From Acidimicrobium ferrooxidans (GTDB taxonomy: Bacteria; Actinomycetota; Geothermincolia; Fen-727; Anoxymicrobiaceae), in assembly GCA_020723485.1 (NCBI GenBank), contig DYIU01000002.1:25167-89166 (forward strand): DNA of 64,000 nt, read 5' to 3'. Of the stretch, positions 36,343-47,013 are shown piece by piece. The notes below the pieces were generated by a model. It made no database searches and was not told the DNA's origin. It worked only from the letters and a program-made list of their open reading frames with translations. Both the position numbers and the translations under genes were made by a program. The number at the start of each line of letters is the position of its first letter. Within the stretch, counting starts at the first letter, position 1.

Positions 36343-37830
36343 GTGTTGACTGTGAAGTTCAAACTGATTGACGCGCTGAAGCAGATAGAGCTTGAGAAGG
36401 GCCTCGCCATGGATACCGTGCTCGAGGCGCTGAAAGACGCCCTGCTGACGGCATACAAGAAGAACTACGGGGACGAGGAGGGGGAGGCCGACGCCCGCAT
36501 CGACATCGACGAGGTGACCGGCGACATCAAGGTCTTCGAGAACGTCGAGAACAAGAAGGGCGAGTTGGAAGAGGTCGAGGTGACCCCGGAGAATTTCGGG
36601 CGCATCGCGGCTCAGACGGCAAAGCAGGTGATAATCCAGCGTATCCGGGAAGCAGAGCGCGAGCTGATGTTCGACGAGTACCACGGGCGCGAGGGCGACA
36701 TCGTCACCGGCATCGTGCAGCAGAGCGACCAGAGGTACACGCTCATCGACCTGGGGAAGGTCGAGGCGCTCCTCCCTCCCAGCGAACAGGTGCGGAGCGA
36801 GCGCTACGAGCACGGCGCCCGGATAAAGACCTACATAGTCGACGTGCGCAGGACCACCAAGGGACCGCAGATAATGGTCTCCAGGACCCACCCCGGCCTG
36901 CTCAAGAGGCTGTTCGAGCTCGAGGTCCCGGAGATATACGACGGACTGGTCGAGATCAAGGCGGTCGCCCGGGAAGGGGGCCAGCGTTCCAAGGTGGCCG
37001 TTGTTTCCCACGACGCCAACGTCGACCCGGTCGGGGCGTGCGTTGGGGCCAAGGGATCCCGGGTCCGCATGATAGTGAGCGAGCTCCGAGGCGAGAAAGT
37101 CGACATCGTCGAGTGGAAGGAAGACCCTGCCGAGTTTGTCGCCAACGCGATAAGCCCCGCAAAGGTCAAGGAGGTCATAGTCGACCCCGACAACCTCACG
37201 GCGGAGGTCATCGTACCCGACAACCAGCTCTCGCTGGCCATCGGGAAGGAAGGCCAGAACGCGCGCCTTGCCGCTAAACTCACCGGGTGGCGCATCGACA
37301 TACTGAGCGAGTCACAGGCGATGGAGGCTGCAGCCATCCGCGCCGAGCAGGAGCTCGAGGGCGGGGGCGAGCCCGGGGAGAGCATCTGCCGGGCCATAAC
37401 CTCGTCGGGCCACCGCTGCAAGAACAAAGCCCTCCCGGGCTCGGAGTTCTGCGGCATCGCCGCGCACCAGAGGCTCGGCGAGCTGATAGAGGAGGGGTCC
37501 GAGGAGGTCGAGGTGGTCACTCCCCTCACCGCCGCGGAAAGCGAAACCGCTGCAGAAGTTGCCGCGGGGGAGGAAACCCCCGCAGTGACTGGAGGCGAGG
37601 TGGTCGAGCCCGAAGCGGACCTCGACCAGATGACCCTGGGCGAAGAGGAATTGATCGAGACCCTCGAGGATGAGGTCACTCCCGCTCCCATCGAGGAGGA
37701 CGACAGCGATGCGGGCGGTTCAGCACCCGAGGAGCAGCCCGAATCAGGGGAGGTCCCCGAAGCTGAAGAAGTCGGCGAAGGGGCCGCAACTGAGGCTGAT
37801 GAGGACGGGGAGGTCGGCGGCACCGAGTGA
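36343..37830 (+). CDS. nusA: Transcription termination/antitermination factor NusA with non-canonical acidic C-terminal extension
   Basis: NTD (LIDALKQIELEKGL), S1 (GDIVTGIVQQ), KH1/KH2 (GACVGAKGSRV, LAIGKEGQNARLAAKLTGWRIDI). About 170 extra C-terminal residues. Confidence 0.94.
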   Translation: MLTVKFKLIDALKQIELEKGLAMDTVLEALKDALLTAYKKNYGDEEGEADARIDIDEVTGDIKVFENVENKKGELEEVEVTPENFGRIAAQTAKQVIIQRIREAERELMFDEYHGREGDIVTGIVQQSDQRYTLIDLGKVEALLPPSEQVRSERYEHGARIKTYIVDVRRTTKGPQIMVSRTHPGLLKRLFELEVPEIYDGLVEIKAVAREGGQRSKVAVVSHDANVDPVGACVGAKGSRVRMIVSELRGEKVDIVEWKEDPAEFVANAISPAKVKEVIVDPDNLTAEVIVPDNQLSLAIGKEGQNARLAAKLTGWRIDILSESQAMEAAAIRAEQELEGGGEPGESICRAITSSGHRCKNKALPGSEFCGIAAHQRLGELIEEGSEEVEVVTPLTAAESETAAEVAAGEETPAVTGGEVVEPEADLDQMTLGEEELIETLEDEVTPAPIEEDDSDAGGSAPEEQPESGEVPEAEEVGEGAATEADEDGEVGGTE

Positions 37831-38102
37831 AGACCCCCCTCCGGACATGCGCCGGCTGTGGCGCGAAACTGCCCAAAAGTGAAATGATAAGGGTCGGCGC
37901 CGGGAGCATGGGAGTCTCGAGCGGGGCGGACAGGCGGAAAGTGCCTGGCAGGGGCGCTTACCTTTGCCCCAACAGGGATTGTCTTCTGAGGGCGAGGGGC
38001 TCCGGCGCGCTGGCGAAAAGGCTGCGCGAGAAGGTGGATGAGTCTACGTTCCACCGGATAGAGAAGGAAATAGAGACTAGGCAGAAGGTATCTATTGGGT
38101 AA
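37827..38102 (+). CDS. ylxR: YlxR/RnpM family (DUF448) RNA-binding protein
   Basis: RTCAGCG...GRGAYLCPNRDC motif. GTGA overlap with the nusA stop. Conserved nusA-ylxR-infB order. Confidence 0.88.
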   Translation: MKTPLRTCAGCGAKLPKSEMIRVGAGSMGVSSGADRRKVPGRGAYLCPNRDCLLRARGSGALAKRLREKVDESTFHRIEKEIETRQKVSIG

Positions 38103-40710
38103 CATTAGGGTTCACGAACTGGCAACAGAGCTTCGCAAGTCCAACCGCGAGGTGTCTGACAGGCTCAGAAAGCTGGGGATACCCGCCAGGACGAACCTCT
38201 CTTCGATAAAGCCCGAGGACGCCAACAAGGTGAGGGTCTCTTTCGGCCGCGAGCCTGTCCCGGTACCGAAACCCAAAAAGAAGCCTGCGGCGAAGAAACC
38301 GGCGGCGAAGAAGCCGGCCAAGAAGGCTGCGGCAAAGAAAGCCGAGAAGAAACCGGCCGCGAAGAAGCCGGCCAAGAAGGCTGCGGCGAAGAAGGCCGAG
38401 AAACCGGCGGCGAAGAAACCGGCCGCTAAGAAACCAGCCGCCAAGAAGGTTGCCGAGAAGAAACCGGCGGCGAAGAAACCGGCGGCGAAGAAGGTTGAGA
38501 AGAAACCCGAGGTCAAGGCCCCCGCCCGGGAGGCGCCCCCCTCGGTGGTAACCGCAACGGAGGCGGCGCCCCAGGCGGCGCCCCCTGCCGCACCAGCACA
38601 GAAGGCTGCTGAGGTGAAGCCCGCTCCCGCTCGGCACCCCGGAGTTGCGCCTCCGCAGAAGGCGGCGGAGAAGCCGCCTGGCGCCCCACCCAAACCTGTC
38701 CGGCCCAAGCCTGCCGGACCGCGGGTCCAGCCATATGCGCCTACCGGGCCCGGGGCTGGCGAAAGAGCACAGCGAGCCGCGCCGCCCAGGCCTCACGAGG
38801 AGAAGGCTCCGGATAAGGCAAAGGGCAGGAAACAGCCGCTGCGCGTCGCCCCTCCGGACAAGAAGCCCGCCGGGAGGCCTTCCGGCGCTTCGCGCAAGGT
38901 CTACAGGTACGTACCCAGGGGAAGGGGCGCACCGTCCAGGACCAGGTCCGCCCCGAGCACAGTGGCGCCGAAGCTTCTCAGGGTGCCTTCTGGCGTCACC
39001 GTTAAAGAGTTCGCGCAGAAGGCCGGCCTCACGCCCAATGACGTCATCAGGAAGATGATGACCTTCGGCGAGATGCTGACCGTGAACCAGGCTATTACGG
39101 ACGACGCCCTGAGGCTGCTCTCCGAGGACCTGGGCATCGAGATAAAGATCAAGGCCCAGAAAGTGGAGGAGTTCGAAGAGCTCGTCGACCTCCCTGAGGA
39201 ACTCGGGCCCCGGCCGCCGGTCGTTACAGTCATGGGCCACGTCGACCACGGAAAGACTCTGCTGCTCGACACCATCAGGAAGACCGACGTGGTCTCGGGC
39301 GAGATGGGCGGAATAACACAGCACATCGGCGCCTACCAGGTGAGCTTCGAGGGAAAGCCTATCGCCTTCATCGACACCCCCGGACACGAGTCGTTCACGG
39401 CCATGCGCGCAAGGGGAGCCCAGGCCACCGACATAGTCGTGCTTGTGGTGGCGGCGGACGACGGTGTCATGCCCCAGACCGTCGAGGCGCTCGACCACGC
39501 AATGGATGCTCAAGTCCCCATAATCGTGGCCGTGAATAAGGTGGACAAGCCGGATGCCGACCCTTACAGAGTCCGACAGCAGCTCTCCGAGAGAGGACTG
39601 ATACCGGAGGACTGGGGCGGCGAGACCGTCTTCGTTGACGTCTCCGCAAAGGAGGGCACGAATATCGACCATCTACTGGAGATGGTCCTCCTGGTGGCGG
39701 AGCTGCAGGAGCTCAAGGCCAACCCGGAGGCGCCGGCCAGCGGCGTGGTCGTCGAGGCCAAGCTGGACAAGGCCCGGGGTAATGCCGTGACCCTGCTTGT
39801 CCAGCGCGGCACAGCCCACATCGGCGACGTAGTGGTGGTGGGGACGGCCTGGGGCAAGATAAGGGCTATGTTCGACGACAGGGGCGAGCCGATAGATACG
39901 GCGGGACCCTCCCAGCCGGTCGAGCTGCTCGGCCTTTCAAGCCTCCCGATGGCCGGTGACGAGTTCCGGGTGGTGGAGGACGAGAAAAAAGCCAGGCAGA
40001 TAACCGACAGACGGCGGATGCACAAGAAGCTCGAGGAACAGGCCATGCCCAGCAGGCACGTATCGCTGGAGAACCTGTTCGACCGGATAAAGGAAGGGGA
40101 GCTCAACCAGCTCAAGGTCGTGCTCAAAGCCGACACCCAGGGGTCTCTTGAGGCGGTGACGGACTCCCTGGAGAAACTCTCCAGGGACGAGGTCAAATTG
40201 AGCGTCATACACTCAGGCGTCGGAGGAATAACAGAGACCGACATTATGCTGGCCTCCGCCAGCGACGCCGTGGTCCTTGGATTCAACGTCAGGCCGGATG
40301 CCAAGGCGGCGCGTTCCGCGGAGGACGAAGAGGTGGACATCAGGACGTACCAGGTCATCTACAAGCTCACGGAGGACATGGAGGCGGCGCTGGTAGGCAT
40401 GCTGGCCCCCGAGTATGTCGAGGAGACCATCGGCATGGCCGAGGTCAGGGAGACGTTCCGAGTGCCGGGGGCCGGAATGGTGGCCGGTTCGTACGTGATA
40501 GAGGGAGAGATAACCCGGAACGCCCAGGCCAGGGTTGTGCGCGACGGGATTGTGATCCACGACGGGAGGATATCGTCGCTGAAGCGTTTCAAGGATGACG
40601 TAAAGTCGGTGGCTACGGGATTCGAATGCGGGATCGGCCTCGAGGACTTCAACGACATCAAGGATGGCGACGTTATTGAAGCTTACCAGATGCGAGAGGT
40701 CCCCAGGTAG
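38095..40710 (+). CDS. infB: Translation initiation factor IF-2
   Basis: N-terminus [10 protein letters not shown], GTPase domain [26 protein letters not shown]. 871 aa with a Lys/Ala/Pro repeat near the N-terminus. Confidence 0.97.
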   Translation: MGNIRVHELATELRKSNREVSDRLRKLGIPARTNLSSIKPEDANKVRVSFGREPVPVPKPKKKPAAKKPAAKKPAKKAAAKKAEKKPAAKKPAKKAAAKKAEKPAAKKPAAKKPAAKKVAEKKPAAKKPAAKKVEKKPEVKAPAREAPPSVVTATEAAPQAAPPAAPAQKAAEVKPAPARHPGVAPPQKAAEKPPGAPPKPVRPKPAGPRVQPYAPTGPGAGERAQRAAPPRPHEEKAPDKAKGRKQPLRVAPPDKKPAGRPSGASRKVYRYVPRGRGAPSRTRSAPSTVAPKLLRVPSGVTVKEFAQKAGLTPNDVIRKMMTFGEMLTVNQAITDDALRLLSEDLGIEIKIKAQKVEEFEELVDLPEELGPRPPVVTVMGHVDHGKTLLLDTIRKTDVVSGEMGGITQHIGAYQVSFEGKPIAFIDTPGHESFTAMRARGAQATDIVVLVVAADDGVMPQTVEALDHAMDAQVPIIVAVNKVDKPDADPYRVRQQLSERGLIPEDWGGETVFVDVSAKEGTNIDHLLEMVLLVAELQELKANPEAPASGVVVEAKLDKARGNAVTLLVQRGTAHIGDVVVVGTAWGKIRAMFDDRGEPIDTAGPSQPVELLGLSSLPMAGDEFRVVEDEKKARQITDRRRMHKKLEEQAMPSRHVSLENLFDRIKEGELNQLKVVLKADTQGSLEAVTDSLEKLSRDEVKLSVIHSGVGGITETDIMLASASDAVVLGFNVRPDAKAARSAEDEEVDIRTYQVIYKLTEDMEAALVGMLAPEYVEETIGMAEVRETFRVPGAGMVAGSYVIEGEITRNAQARVVRDGIVIHDGRISSLKRFKDDVKSVATGFECGIGLEDFNDIKDGDVIEAYQMREVPR

Positions 40711-40748
40711 AAGCCGCGCCGCACCCACCGCCCGACACGGAGGGAACC

Positions 40749-41060
40749 GTGAATTTCTTCGTGGGCATCGGAAGTTACCAGCTTGACCTGTCGTTCTGTT
40801 CTTCGCTGAAGGACAAGCGGCGCGTCATAAAGAGCATCACCGACAGGCTGGGTAACAGCAGCATCACCGGAGCTGCCGAAGTGGGGCAGAACGACTTCTG
40901 GAAGAGCGGCACGATCGCGCTCGCCTGTGTTTCATCGTCCCGAGAGCTGGTCTCAGGGACGCTCGAGAAGGCGAGGAAGACAATCGAAGCGAGCGGTGCC
41001 GAAGTAGTGAGAGCTGAGACCCTGGTCGTGAAACCAGAAGACTTCGAGGAGCGGATGTAA
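40749..41060 (+). CDS. DUF503 domain protein (YlxP-like)
   Basis: SLKDKRRVIKSITDRL motif. Conserved position between infB and rbfA. Confidence 0.8.
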   Translation: MNFFVGIGSYQLDLSFCSSLKDKRRVIKSITDRLGNSSITGAAEVGQNDFWKSGTIALACVSSSRELVSGTLEKARKTIEASGAEVVRAETLVVKPEDFEERM

Positions 41061-41061
41061 C

Positions 41062-41430
41062 GTGTCGCGCAGGCTCAACAGGGTAGAGGAAGCGTGCAAG
41101 GAGGAGCTCTCCGAGATACTCCAGAGGGAGATAAAAGACCCGCGTGTGGGCTTCGTGACGATAACCGAGGTCAAGCTCTCGGCGGACCTGAGGCATGCCA
41201 GGGTCTACGTGAGCATACTTGGCACGGAGGACGAGTGCAGGGAGTCGCTCTCGGGCCTGGATAGCGCCCGGGGGTACCTGAGGTCCTGCCTCGGCAGGCA
41301 CCTGAGGTTGAAGTACCTGCCCGAGATCGAGTTCGTGCACGAGCACGTGGCCGAGGAGGCGCTCAGGCTGGAGGAGCTCATGAAGATGGTCCAGGACGAA
41401 GCGGGGGAGGACGAGCTTGGAGCCGAATGA
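41062..41430 (+). CDS. rbfA: Ribosome-binding factor A
   Basis: RVEEACKEELSEILQREIKDPRVGFVTITEVKLSADLRHARVYVS is the RbfA signature. Confidence 0.93.
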   Translation: MSRRLNRVEEACKEELSEILQREIKDPRVGFVTITEVKLSADLRHARVYVSILGTEDECRESLSGLDSARGYLRSCLGRHLRLKYLPEIEFVHEHVAEEALRLEELMKMVQDEAGEDELGAE

Positions 41431-42406
41431 ACTCGAGCGCGCCGCGAAGCTTATCGAAGAGAACGAGTCCGTGATCATCTTCGGGCACCAGTGGCCTGAC
41501 GGGGACGCCATCGGCTCGTTGCTCGGGCTCGGCATCGCCCTGTCCAGGGCGGGTCACGCCGTGCAGGCCAGCTGGCCGGCCCCGCTCGAGCTTCCCCACA
41601 AGTACGAATTCCTTCCCGGCCTGGACCTGCTGGTGGAGCCCGACGAGGTCGAGCCCGCGGGGCTGGCGATCGCGGTCGACTGCGCCAACGCCGAGCGGCT
41701 GCAGGAGCTGAAAGCCCCTGCCACTGGAGCGCGGGACCTGGTGAACATCGATCATCATCCGGACAACAGCCGGTTCGGGACAGTCAACCTGGTCGATCCG
41801 GGATCCTCCGCCACCGCGGAGATAATCACGAGGAACTCGGGCGCACTGGGCATCGTCCTGGACGGGGACTCCGCGCTCTGCCTGTATGCCGGGATAGTCA
41901 CCGATACCGGCAGGTTCCAGTTCACGAACACGACCGCGGAGACACTCGAGTGCGCGTCAAGGCTCGTTTCCCTGGGAGTGGAGCCACACGCCGTGTATGA
42001 GAACGTCTACCAGAGCGATTCGCTCGCCTACATCCGGCTGACCGGAGAGGTCCTTACCAACGCCGTCTACGATGAGGAGCTCGGCCTCATCTACGGCTGT
42101 GTGATGCAGGCGGACCTCGAATCCTTCGGGGTCAAGATGAACGAGACCGAGGAGCTCATAGACGACCTGCGGGCACTTAAGGGGCACCGCGTGGCCGCCC
42201 TCTTCAAGGAGCTCCGGGACGGGACCATAAGGGTAAGTCTGCGCTCCAGGATCGACTGTGACATAGGCACCGTCGCCCGCAACCTGGGCGGCGGGGGACA
42301 CAGGGTAGCCGCAGGTTACACCTCCGGCGCCGGCGGCATAGAGTCAGCCGTCCGAGAGCTCAAGGATGAGATAGTTGCCTCCGGTGGGAATACTGGTTGT
42401 AGATAA
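41417..42406 (+). CDS. nrnA: DHH-family phosphoesterase (NrnA-like oligoribonuclease / pAp phosphatase)
   Basis: GHQWPDGDAIGS, NIDHHPDN and GGGGHRVAAG (DHHA1) motifs. Confidence 0.85.
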   Translation: MEPNELERAAKLIEENESVIIFGHQWPDGDAIGSLLGLGIALSRAGHAVQASWPAPLELPHKYEFLPGLDLLVEPDEVEPAGLAIAVDCANAERLQELKAPATGARDLVNIDHHPDNSRFGTVNLVDPGSSATAEIITRNSGALGIVLDGDSALCLYAGIVTDTGRFQFTNTTAETLECASRLVSLGVEPHAVYENVYQSDSLAYIRLTGEVLTNAVYDEELGLIYGCVMQADLESFGVKMNETEELIDDLRALKGHRVAALFKELRDGTIRVSLRSRIDCDIGTVARNLGGGGHRVAAGYTSGAGGIESAVRELKDEIVASGGNTGCR

Positions 42407-43334
42407 GCCTGCGGGGATGTCCTCCAGGCAGGCGGCGGAGCAGGCGGGAGTTCTCGTCGGCGCGCGCAAGAGCGGGCATGCCGGGACGCTCGACCCGCTG
42501 GCGACCGGCGTGCTGGTGGTATGCGTGGGGAGGGCGACCCTGCTGACGAGGTTTCTCGCCGGTGGAATGAAGGATTACTCGGTTACCGCGGAGCTGGGTC
42601 TTATCACGGACACTTACGACACGGAGGGAAGGGTCACCGGCAGGCGGGACACGGGCGGCATAGCGCTGGATGACGTCAAACGGGAGGCGGCCGGGTTCGT
42701 TGGTGACATCGAGCAGGTCCCGCCCCCTTATTCCGCGGTCAAGCTTGGTGGCAAACCGCTCTACAGGTACGCAAGGGCCGGCGCCCCGGTGGAGCCCAGG
42801 CCGAGGAGGATCTTCGTAGAGGAGATGAAGGTGACCGGCTTCGAGGCGGGGAGCGCGGGAGCCCGGTTCGCCCTCAGCGTCACCTGCGGTCCGGGCACCT
42901 ACGTGAGGAGCCTGGTGCACGACATGGGCGCCCGGCTCGGATGCGGGGCGTGCGTCTCGGGACTCAGAAGGACGCGTTCCGGGGTTTTCCGGCTCGAAGA
43001 CTCCCATACCCTGGAGGAACTCAGGTCCGAAGAAACGGGACCCGTCCGGGCGCTCCTCACTATGGAGAGCGCCACCGCCTTCATGCCCACGGTCGGGGTC
43101 TCGGGCGACGCCTGCACCGCGGTCTCGCAGGGAAAGCCGCTGCTAAAGGAATGGGTCGCGCGCGGTGGCGGGTGCGAATGCCCGGACGATCTCTTCCGCG
43201 TGCTGGACGAACAGGGCCGGCTCCTGGCGCTCTACGGTGCGCCACGCGCAGGAGACCCGGAGGAGTTCTTCGGGAGGGCCGTCAGGGTGATAAGGCCGAA
43301 CACGTTGAAGGCTGAGGACGATGAGGCTGCTTAA
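42375..43334 (+). CDS. truB: tRNA pseudouridine(55) synthase
   Basis: GILVVDKPAGMSS, GHAGTLDPLATGVLVV, PPYSAVK. GTG 42384 is an alternative start. Confidence 0.93.
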   Translation: MPPVGILVVDKPAGMSSRQAAEQAGVLVGARKSGHAGTLDPLATGVLVVCVGRATLLTRFLAGGMKDYSVTAELGLITDTYDTEGRVTGRRDTGGIALDDVKREAAGFVGDIEQVPPPYSAVKLGGKPLYRYARAGAPVEPRPRRIFVEEMKVTGFEAGSAGARFALSVTCGPGTYVRSLVHDMGARLGCGACVSGLRRTRSGVFRLEDSHTLEELRSEETGPVRALLTMESATAFMPTVGVSGDACTAVSQGKPLLKEWVARGGGCECPDDLFRVLDEQGRLLALYGAPRAGDPEEFFGRAVRVIRPNTLKAEDDEAA

Positions 43335-44241
43335 GCATACCGAGGACTTCAAGAAGTACGAGAGCGAATCCGTCGTCACGATAGGGGTGTTCGACGGCGT
43401 CCATCGCGGCCACCAGGCCATCATAAACGAGTGCGTGAAGGCCGCGGCGAGGAAGAAGGTGCCCGCGGTCGCTCTCACCTTCGAGCGCAACCCGAGGGAG
43501 CTGGTGTGCGGAGAGTCGCCGTGCGTCATCACCGCTCCCGGCCGGAAGCTGGAAATACTGGAGTACCTCGGTATCGACTATACGGTCACGGTCAGGTTCA
43601 CGAAGAAGTTCGCGGCGCTCGAGCCGGGGGAGTTCTGCCGCGACCTGCTGGCGGGACACCTGGGAGTCCGCAGGGTCTGCGTGGGGGAGAACTTCCACTT
43701 CGGGGCGGGCGGCAGGGGCGACGTCGATTTCCTTCGGTCTGAGGGCAGGAAGCTGGGCTTCGCGGTGAGCATCATCCCGATGGTCACCATAGACGACCTT
43801 GGCCAGGTATCGAGCACTCTCATCAGGGGATTGATCTGCGAGGGGCGAGCGTACGACGTCATGAAAGGGCTGGGCCGGCCCTACACCGTGACAGGCAGGG
43901 TGGTCGCGGGCCACTCCCGAGGCAAGCGGCTCGGGTTCCCGACGGCCAACCTGGCGCTGGAAAGGGATTTCTGCGTTCCGCCGGACGGGGTCTACGCCGG
44001 GAAGGCCTCGTTCGGAGACCAGAAGTACTCGTGCGCCATAAACATAGGCAGCAACCCGACGTTCGGCGACGAGCGGACGGCCCTCGAGGTGTTTCTCATC
44101 GACTTCGACGGGGACATCTACGGGGAGTCGCTCGAGATCGAGTTCCACCACAGGCTGCGTGACGAGAGGGCGTTCGCGAGCGAGGGGGAACTGGTCCGCC
44201 AGATGAAGAAAGACGTCGCCAGGGCCCGCGGCCTGCTCTAG
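43321..44241 (+). CDS. ribF: Bifunctional riboflavin kinase / FAD synthetase
   Basis: IGVFDGVHRGHQ, GENFHFG, GFPTANL, LEVFLIDFDGDIYG. Confidence 0.94.
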   Translation: MRLLKHTEDFKKYESESVVTIGVFDGVHRGHQAIINECVKAAARKKVPAVALTFERNPRELVCGESPCVITAPGRKLEILEYLGIDYTVTVRFTKKFAALEPGEFCRDLLAGHLGVRRVCVGENFHFGAGGRGDVDFLRSEGRKLGFAVSIIPMVTIDDLGQVSSTLIRGLICEGRAYDVMKGLGRPYTVTGRVVAGHSRGKRLGFPTANLALERDFCVPPDGVYAGKASFGDQKYSCAINIGSNPTFGDERTALEVFLIDFDGDIYGESLEIEFHHRLRDERAFASEGELVRQMKKDVARARGLL

Positions 44242-44266
44242 GCCAGGTGCCTCCGGGGCCGGGTTG

Positions 44267-44275
44267 TGCTAGAAT
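44267..44275 (+). promoter_or_regulatory. Extended -10 element TGCTAGAAT upstream of rpsO
   Basis: TG-n-TAGAAT lies 31 nt before the rpsO start. Weak -35. Confidence 0.35.
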
Positions 44276-44305
44276 CATCTGCAATTATGTGAGAAAACAG
44301 GAGAA

Positions 44306-44575
44306 ATGATGCTGAAAGGCGACGAGAAGAAGGCTCTGATAGACGAGTACAAGAAGCACGAGACGGACACCGGCTCCCCGGAGGTCCAGATCGCGCTGCT
44401 GTCCACCGAGATATCCCAGTTGACCGAACACCTGAAGACGCACAAGAAAGACCACCATTCCAGGCGTGGGCTGCTCATGAAGGTCGGCAAGAGAAGGAGG
44501 TTGCTGAATTACCTGAAGAAAGAGGACGTCGAGAGGTACCGCACCCTCATCAAGCAGCTCGGTTTGAGAAGATAG
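44306..44575 (+). CDS. rpsO: 30S ribosomal protein S15
   Basis: [36 protein letters not shown] is the S15 signature. 89 aa. Confidence 0.97.
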   Translation: MMLKGDEKKALIDEYKKHETDTGSPEVQIALLSTEISQLTEHLKTHKKDHHSRRGLLMKVGKRRRLLNYLKKEDVERYRTLIKQLGLRR

Positions 44576-44700
44576 CGATGTGAAGACGAGAGAGTAGAGA
44601 GAGGATATAACAGGAGAACCCACATACACTCCCGACGAACAGGCGAATTTCATATGGGTCTCATGTTATGAGGTGAGAGCTAAGGAGGCTCCTTTTTATT

Positions 44701-47013
44701 ATGGGAATGATTGCAAAAGAGATAGAGGTTTTCGGTAAGAAGATACACGTCGAAACCGGGAAAATGGCCAAGCAGGCCGATGGAGCCGTGCTGGTTACCT
44801 GCGAAGGGACGTCGATACTGGCAACGGCGGTTGCGGACGACAATGTCCGAGACATCGACTTCCTGCCCCTGACCGTCGACGTCGAGGAGAAGCTCTACGC
44901 GGCCGGAAAAATACCGGGCAGCTTCTTCAGGCGTGAGGGGAGGCCGACCGACATGGCCACCCTGACCGCCCGGATAATCGACAGGACCATACGCCCGAAC
45001 TTCGACAAGGAGTTCCGCAACGAGGTCCAGGTGGTCGTAACTGTCCTTTCCACGGACCAGATAAACCCACCGGACATGCTGGGCATATTCGGAGCGGCAT
45101 GCGCGCTGAGCCTGTCGAACATACCTTTCTACGGCCCTCTTGCAGGGGTTCGGGTCGGAAGGGTTGCCGACAACTGGGTCATCAACCCGACTTTCCAGGA
45201 GTTGGCGGAGTCGTCCGTCAACCTGGTGGTCGCCGGTAACAGCGAATCGATCCTGATGGTCGAGGCGGGCGCCGCCGAGGTCTCCGAGGCCGATATCATC
45301 CAGGCGCTGGCGGTTGGTCATGACGCGATAAAAGAGCTCGTCAAGGCCATAGAATCTGTCGACGCCGAGGCGCGGGCCGAGGACGGCGAGAAGCCCAAGA
45401 GCGAACTGCTTGGTGAGATAAACGGTTTCCTCGAGCCGAGGTACACCGAGGCCGCTACCAGGGTGATCGAGGACCACAAGCGCGACGACCACGAGGCCCT
45501 CGAGCGTGACTGGGAGACGTTTGACCGCATCGCTGCAGAAGCGGCGGCGGCTTTCGATCCCAGGTACCGCAAGATAGTCGGGATATGTTCGCGCATCGGC
45601 AGGAACAGCTCGATCTACAAGGCCCTTGCCGCCGAGATCGAGCCCCAGATCGCGGAGAAGATGACCAAGACGCTGCTCGACTCGTCGGTACCCGGACTGT
45701 CGAAATACCAGAGAGGCCTGATAAGGAAGGATACAAGGCGCGCGCTGGCCGAGGAGTACAAGGGCATATTCCCCGGGCTCGATTCGATGGTCAAGCAGGT
45801 GCTGGACGGGCTCGAGCGAAAACTCCTCCGCAAGCAGATTCTGGAACACGGCGTCAGGCCTGACGGCCGTAAGTCGTTCCAGATACGCAAGCTGACCAGC
45901 GAGGTGGGCCTGCTCCCGAAGACACACGGTTCCGGGCTGTTCACAAGGGGAGAGACCCAGGTGCTGACTATCGCGACCCTGGGAGCCCACGGCGAAAAGC
46001 AGATACTGGACGACCTGGGCATCGAGGAGTACAAGAGCTTCATGCACCACTACAACTTCCCGCCCTACTCTACCGGTGAGGCCAGGCCGATGAGGGGACC
46101 GAAGCGCAGGGAGATCGGGCACGGTGCGCTCGCCGAGAGGGCGCTGCTGCCGGTGATTCCCGAGCAGGAGGAGTTCCCGTACACGATCAGGCTGGTCTCT
46201 GAGGTCCTGGAGTCAAACGGCTCCTCGTCGATGGGTTCCACCTGCGCCAGCAGCATGGCACTGATGGACGCGGGCGTGCCGCTCAAGGACAAGATGCACG
46301 TGGGCGGCATCGCAATGGGACTCATCCTGGAGGACGGCAAGAGCGTTATCCTCAGCGACATACAGGGCCTCGAGGACTCCGCAGGCGACATGGACTTCAA
46401 GGTGGCCGGCACAAAGAGGGGCATCACTGCGCTCCAGATGGACATCAAGTGCCTCGGCCTCTCATCGGAGATAATGGAGGAGGCTCTCGAGCAGGCGCGC
46501 CAGGGGCGTTCGTTCATCATCAAGGCTATGTCAGACGCGATACCCGAACCGCGCTCCGAGGTATCCCCGAACGCCCCAAGGATGCTCCAGCTGTCAATTC
46601 CCGTCGACAAGATAGGCGAGCTCATCGGCCCCGGGGGAAAGAACATAAGAGGCCTCATCGAGAAATACGACGTCGAGATAGACGTCGAGGACGACGGCCG
46701 GGTGTTCGTGTTCGGGCGTGATTCGGAGAAGGTGGACGCCGTGAGACGTGACATCGAGCTCATAAGCAAGGAGCCCGAGGTCGGCGAGCGGTACCTGGGC
46801 AAGGTTGTGAAGACCACCAACTTCGGGGCTTTCGTCGAGCTCACCCCCGGGAGGGACGGGCTGGTACACATATCCAAGCTCTCGGACCGCCGGGTGGAGC
46901 GCGTTGAGGACGTAGTGAACGTCGGCGACAGGATAGAGGTCGAGATAGACGCCATCGACAACCTCGGGCGGATCAACCTCAGGGTACTGGACCTCAACCC
47001 GGGCGAGAAGTGA
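44701..47013 (+). CDS. pnp: Polyribonucleotide nucleotidyltransferase (PNPase)
   Basis: Two RNase PH domains, KH (IGPGGKNIR) and S1 (YLGKVVKTTNFGAFVEL). 770 aa. Confidence 0.97.
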   Translation: MGMIAKEIEVFGKKIHVETGKMAKQADGAVLVTCEGTSILATAVADDNVRDIDFLPLTVDVEEKLYAAGKIPGSFFRREGRPTDMATLTARIIDRTIRPNFDKEFRNEVQVVVTVLSTDQINPPDMLGIFGAACALSLSNIPFYGPLAGVRVGRVADNWVINPTFQELAESSVNLVVAGNSESILMVEAGAAEVSEADIIQALAVGHDAIKELVKAIESVDAEARAEDGEKPKSELLGEINGFLEPRYTEAATRVIEDHKRDDHEALERDWETFDRIAAEAAAAFDPRYRKIVGICSRIGRNSSIYKALAAEIEPQIAEKMTKTLLDSSVPGLSKYQRGLIRKDTRRALAEEYKGIFPGLDSMVKQVLDGLERKLLRKQILEHGVRPDGRKSFQIRKLTSEVGLLPKTHGSGLFTRGETQVLTIATLGAHGEKQILDDLGIEEYKSFMHHYNFPPYSTGEARPMRGPKRREIGHGALAERALLPVIPEQEEFPYTIRLVSEVLESNGSSSMGSTCASSMALMDAGVPLKDKMHVGGIAMGLILEDGKSVILSDIQGLEDSAGDMDFKVAGTKRGITALQMDIKCLGLSSEIMEEALEQARQGRSFIIKAMSDAIPEPRSEVSPNAPRMLQLSIPVDKIGELIGPGGKNIRGLIEKYDVEIDVEDDGRVFVFGRDSEKVDAVRRDIELISKEPEVGERYLGKVVKTTNFGAFVELTPGRDGLVHISKLSDRRVERVEDVVNVGDRIEVEIDAIDNLGRINLRVLDLNPGEK

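Noticed and set aside
38112-38708. Minus-strand ORF encoding [10 protein letters not shown]... repeats, and the similar ASSTASST ORF at 20610..21158.
   Set aside because: They are mirror images of the IF-2 AAKKP repeat and the S1 EEAV repeat on the coding strand, not independent genes.
44576-44700. rpsO-pnp intergenic region searched for an RNase III autoregulatory hairpin like that of E. coli pnp.
   Set aside because: Only short 5-6 bp stems are visible (UCUCAU-guu-AUGAGG, and GAGC...GCUC around the SD). That is not enough to support a call by eye.
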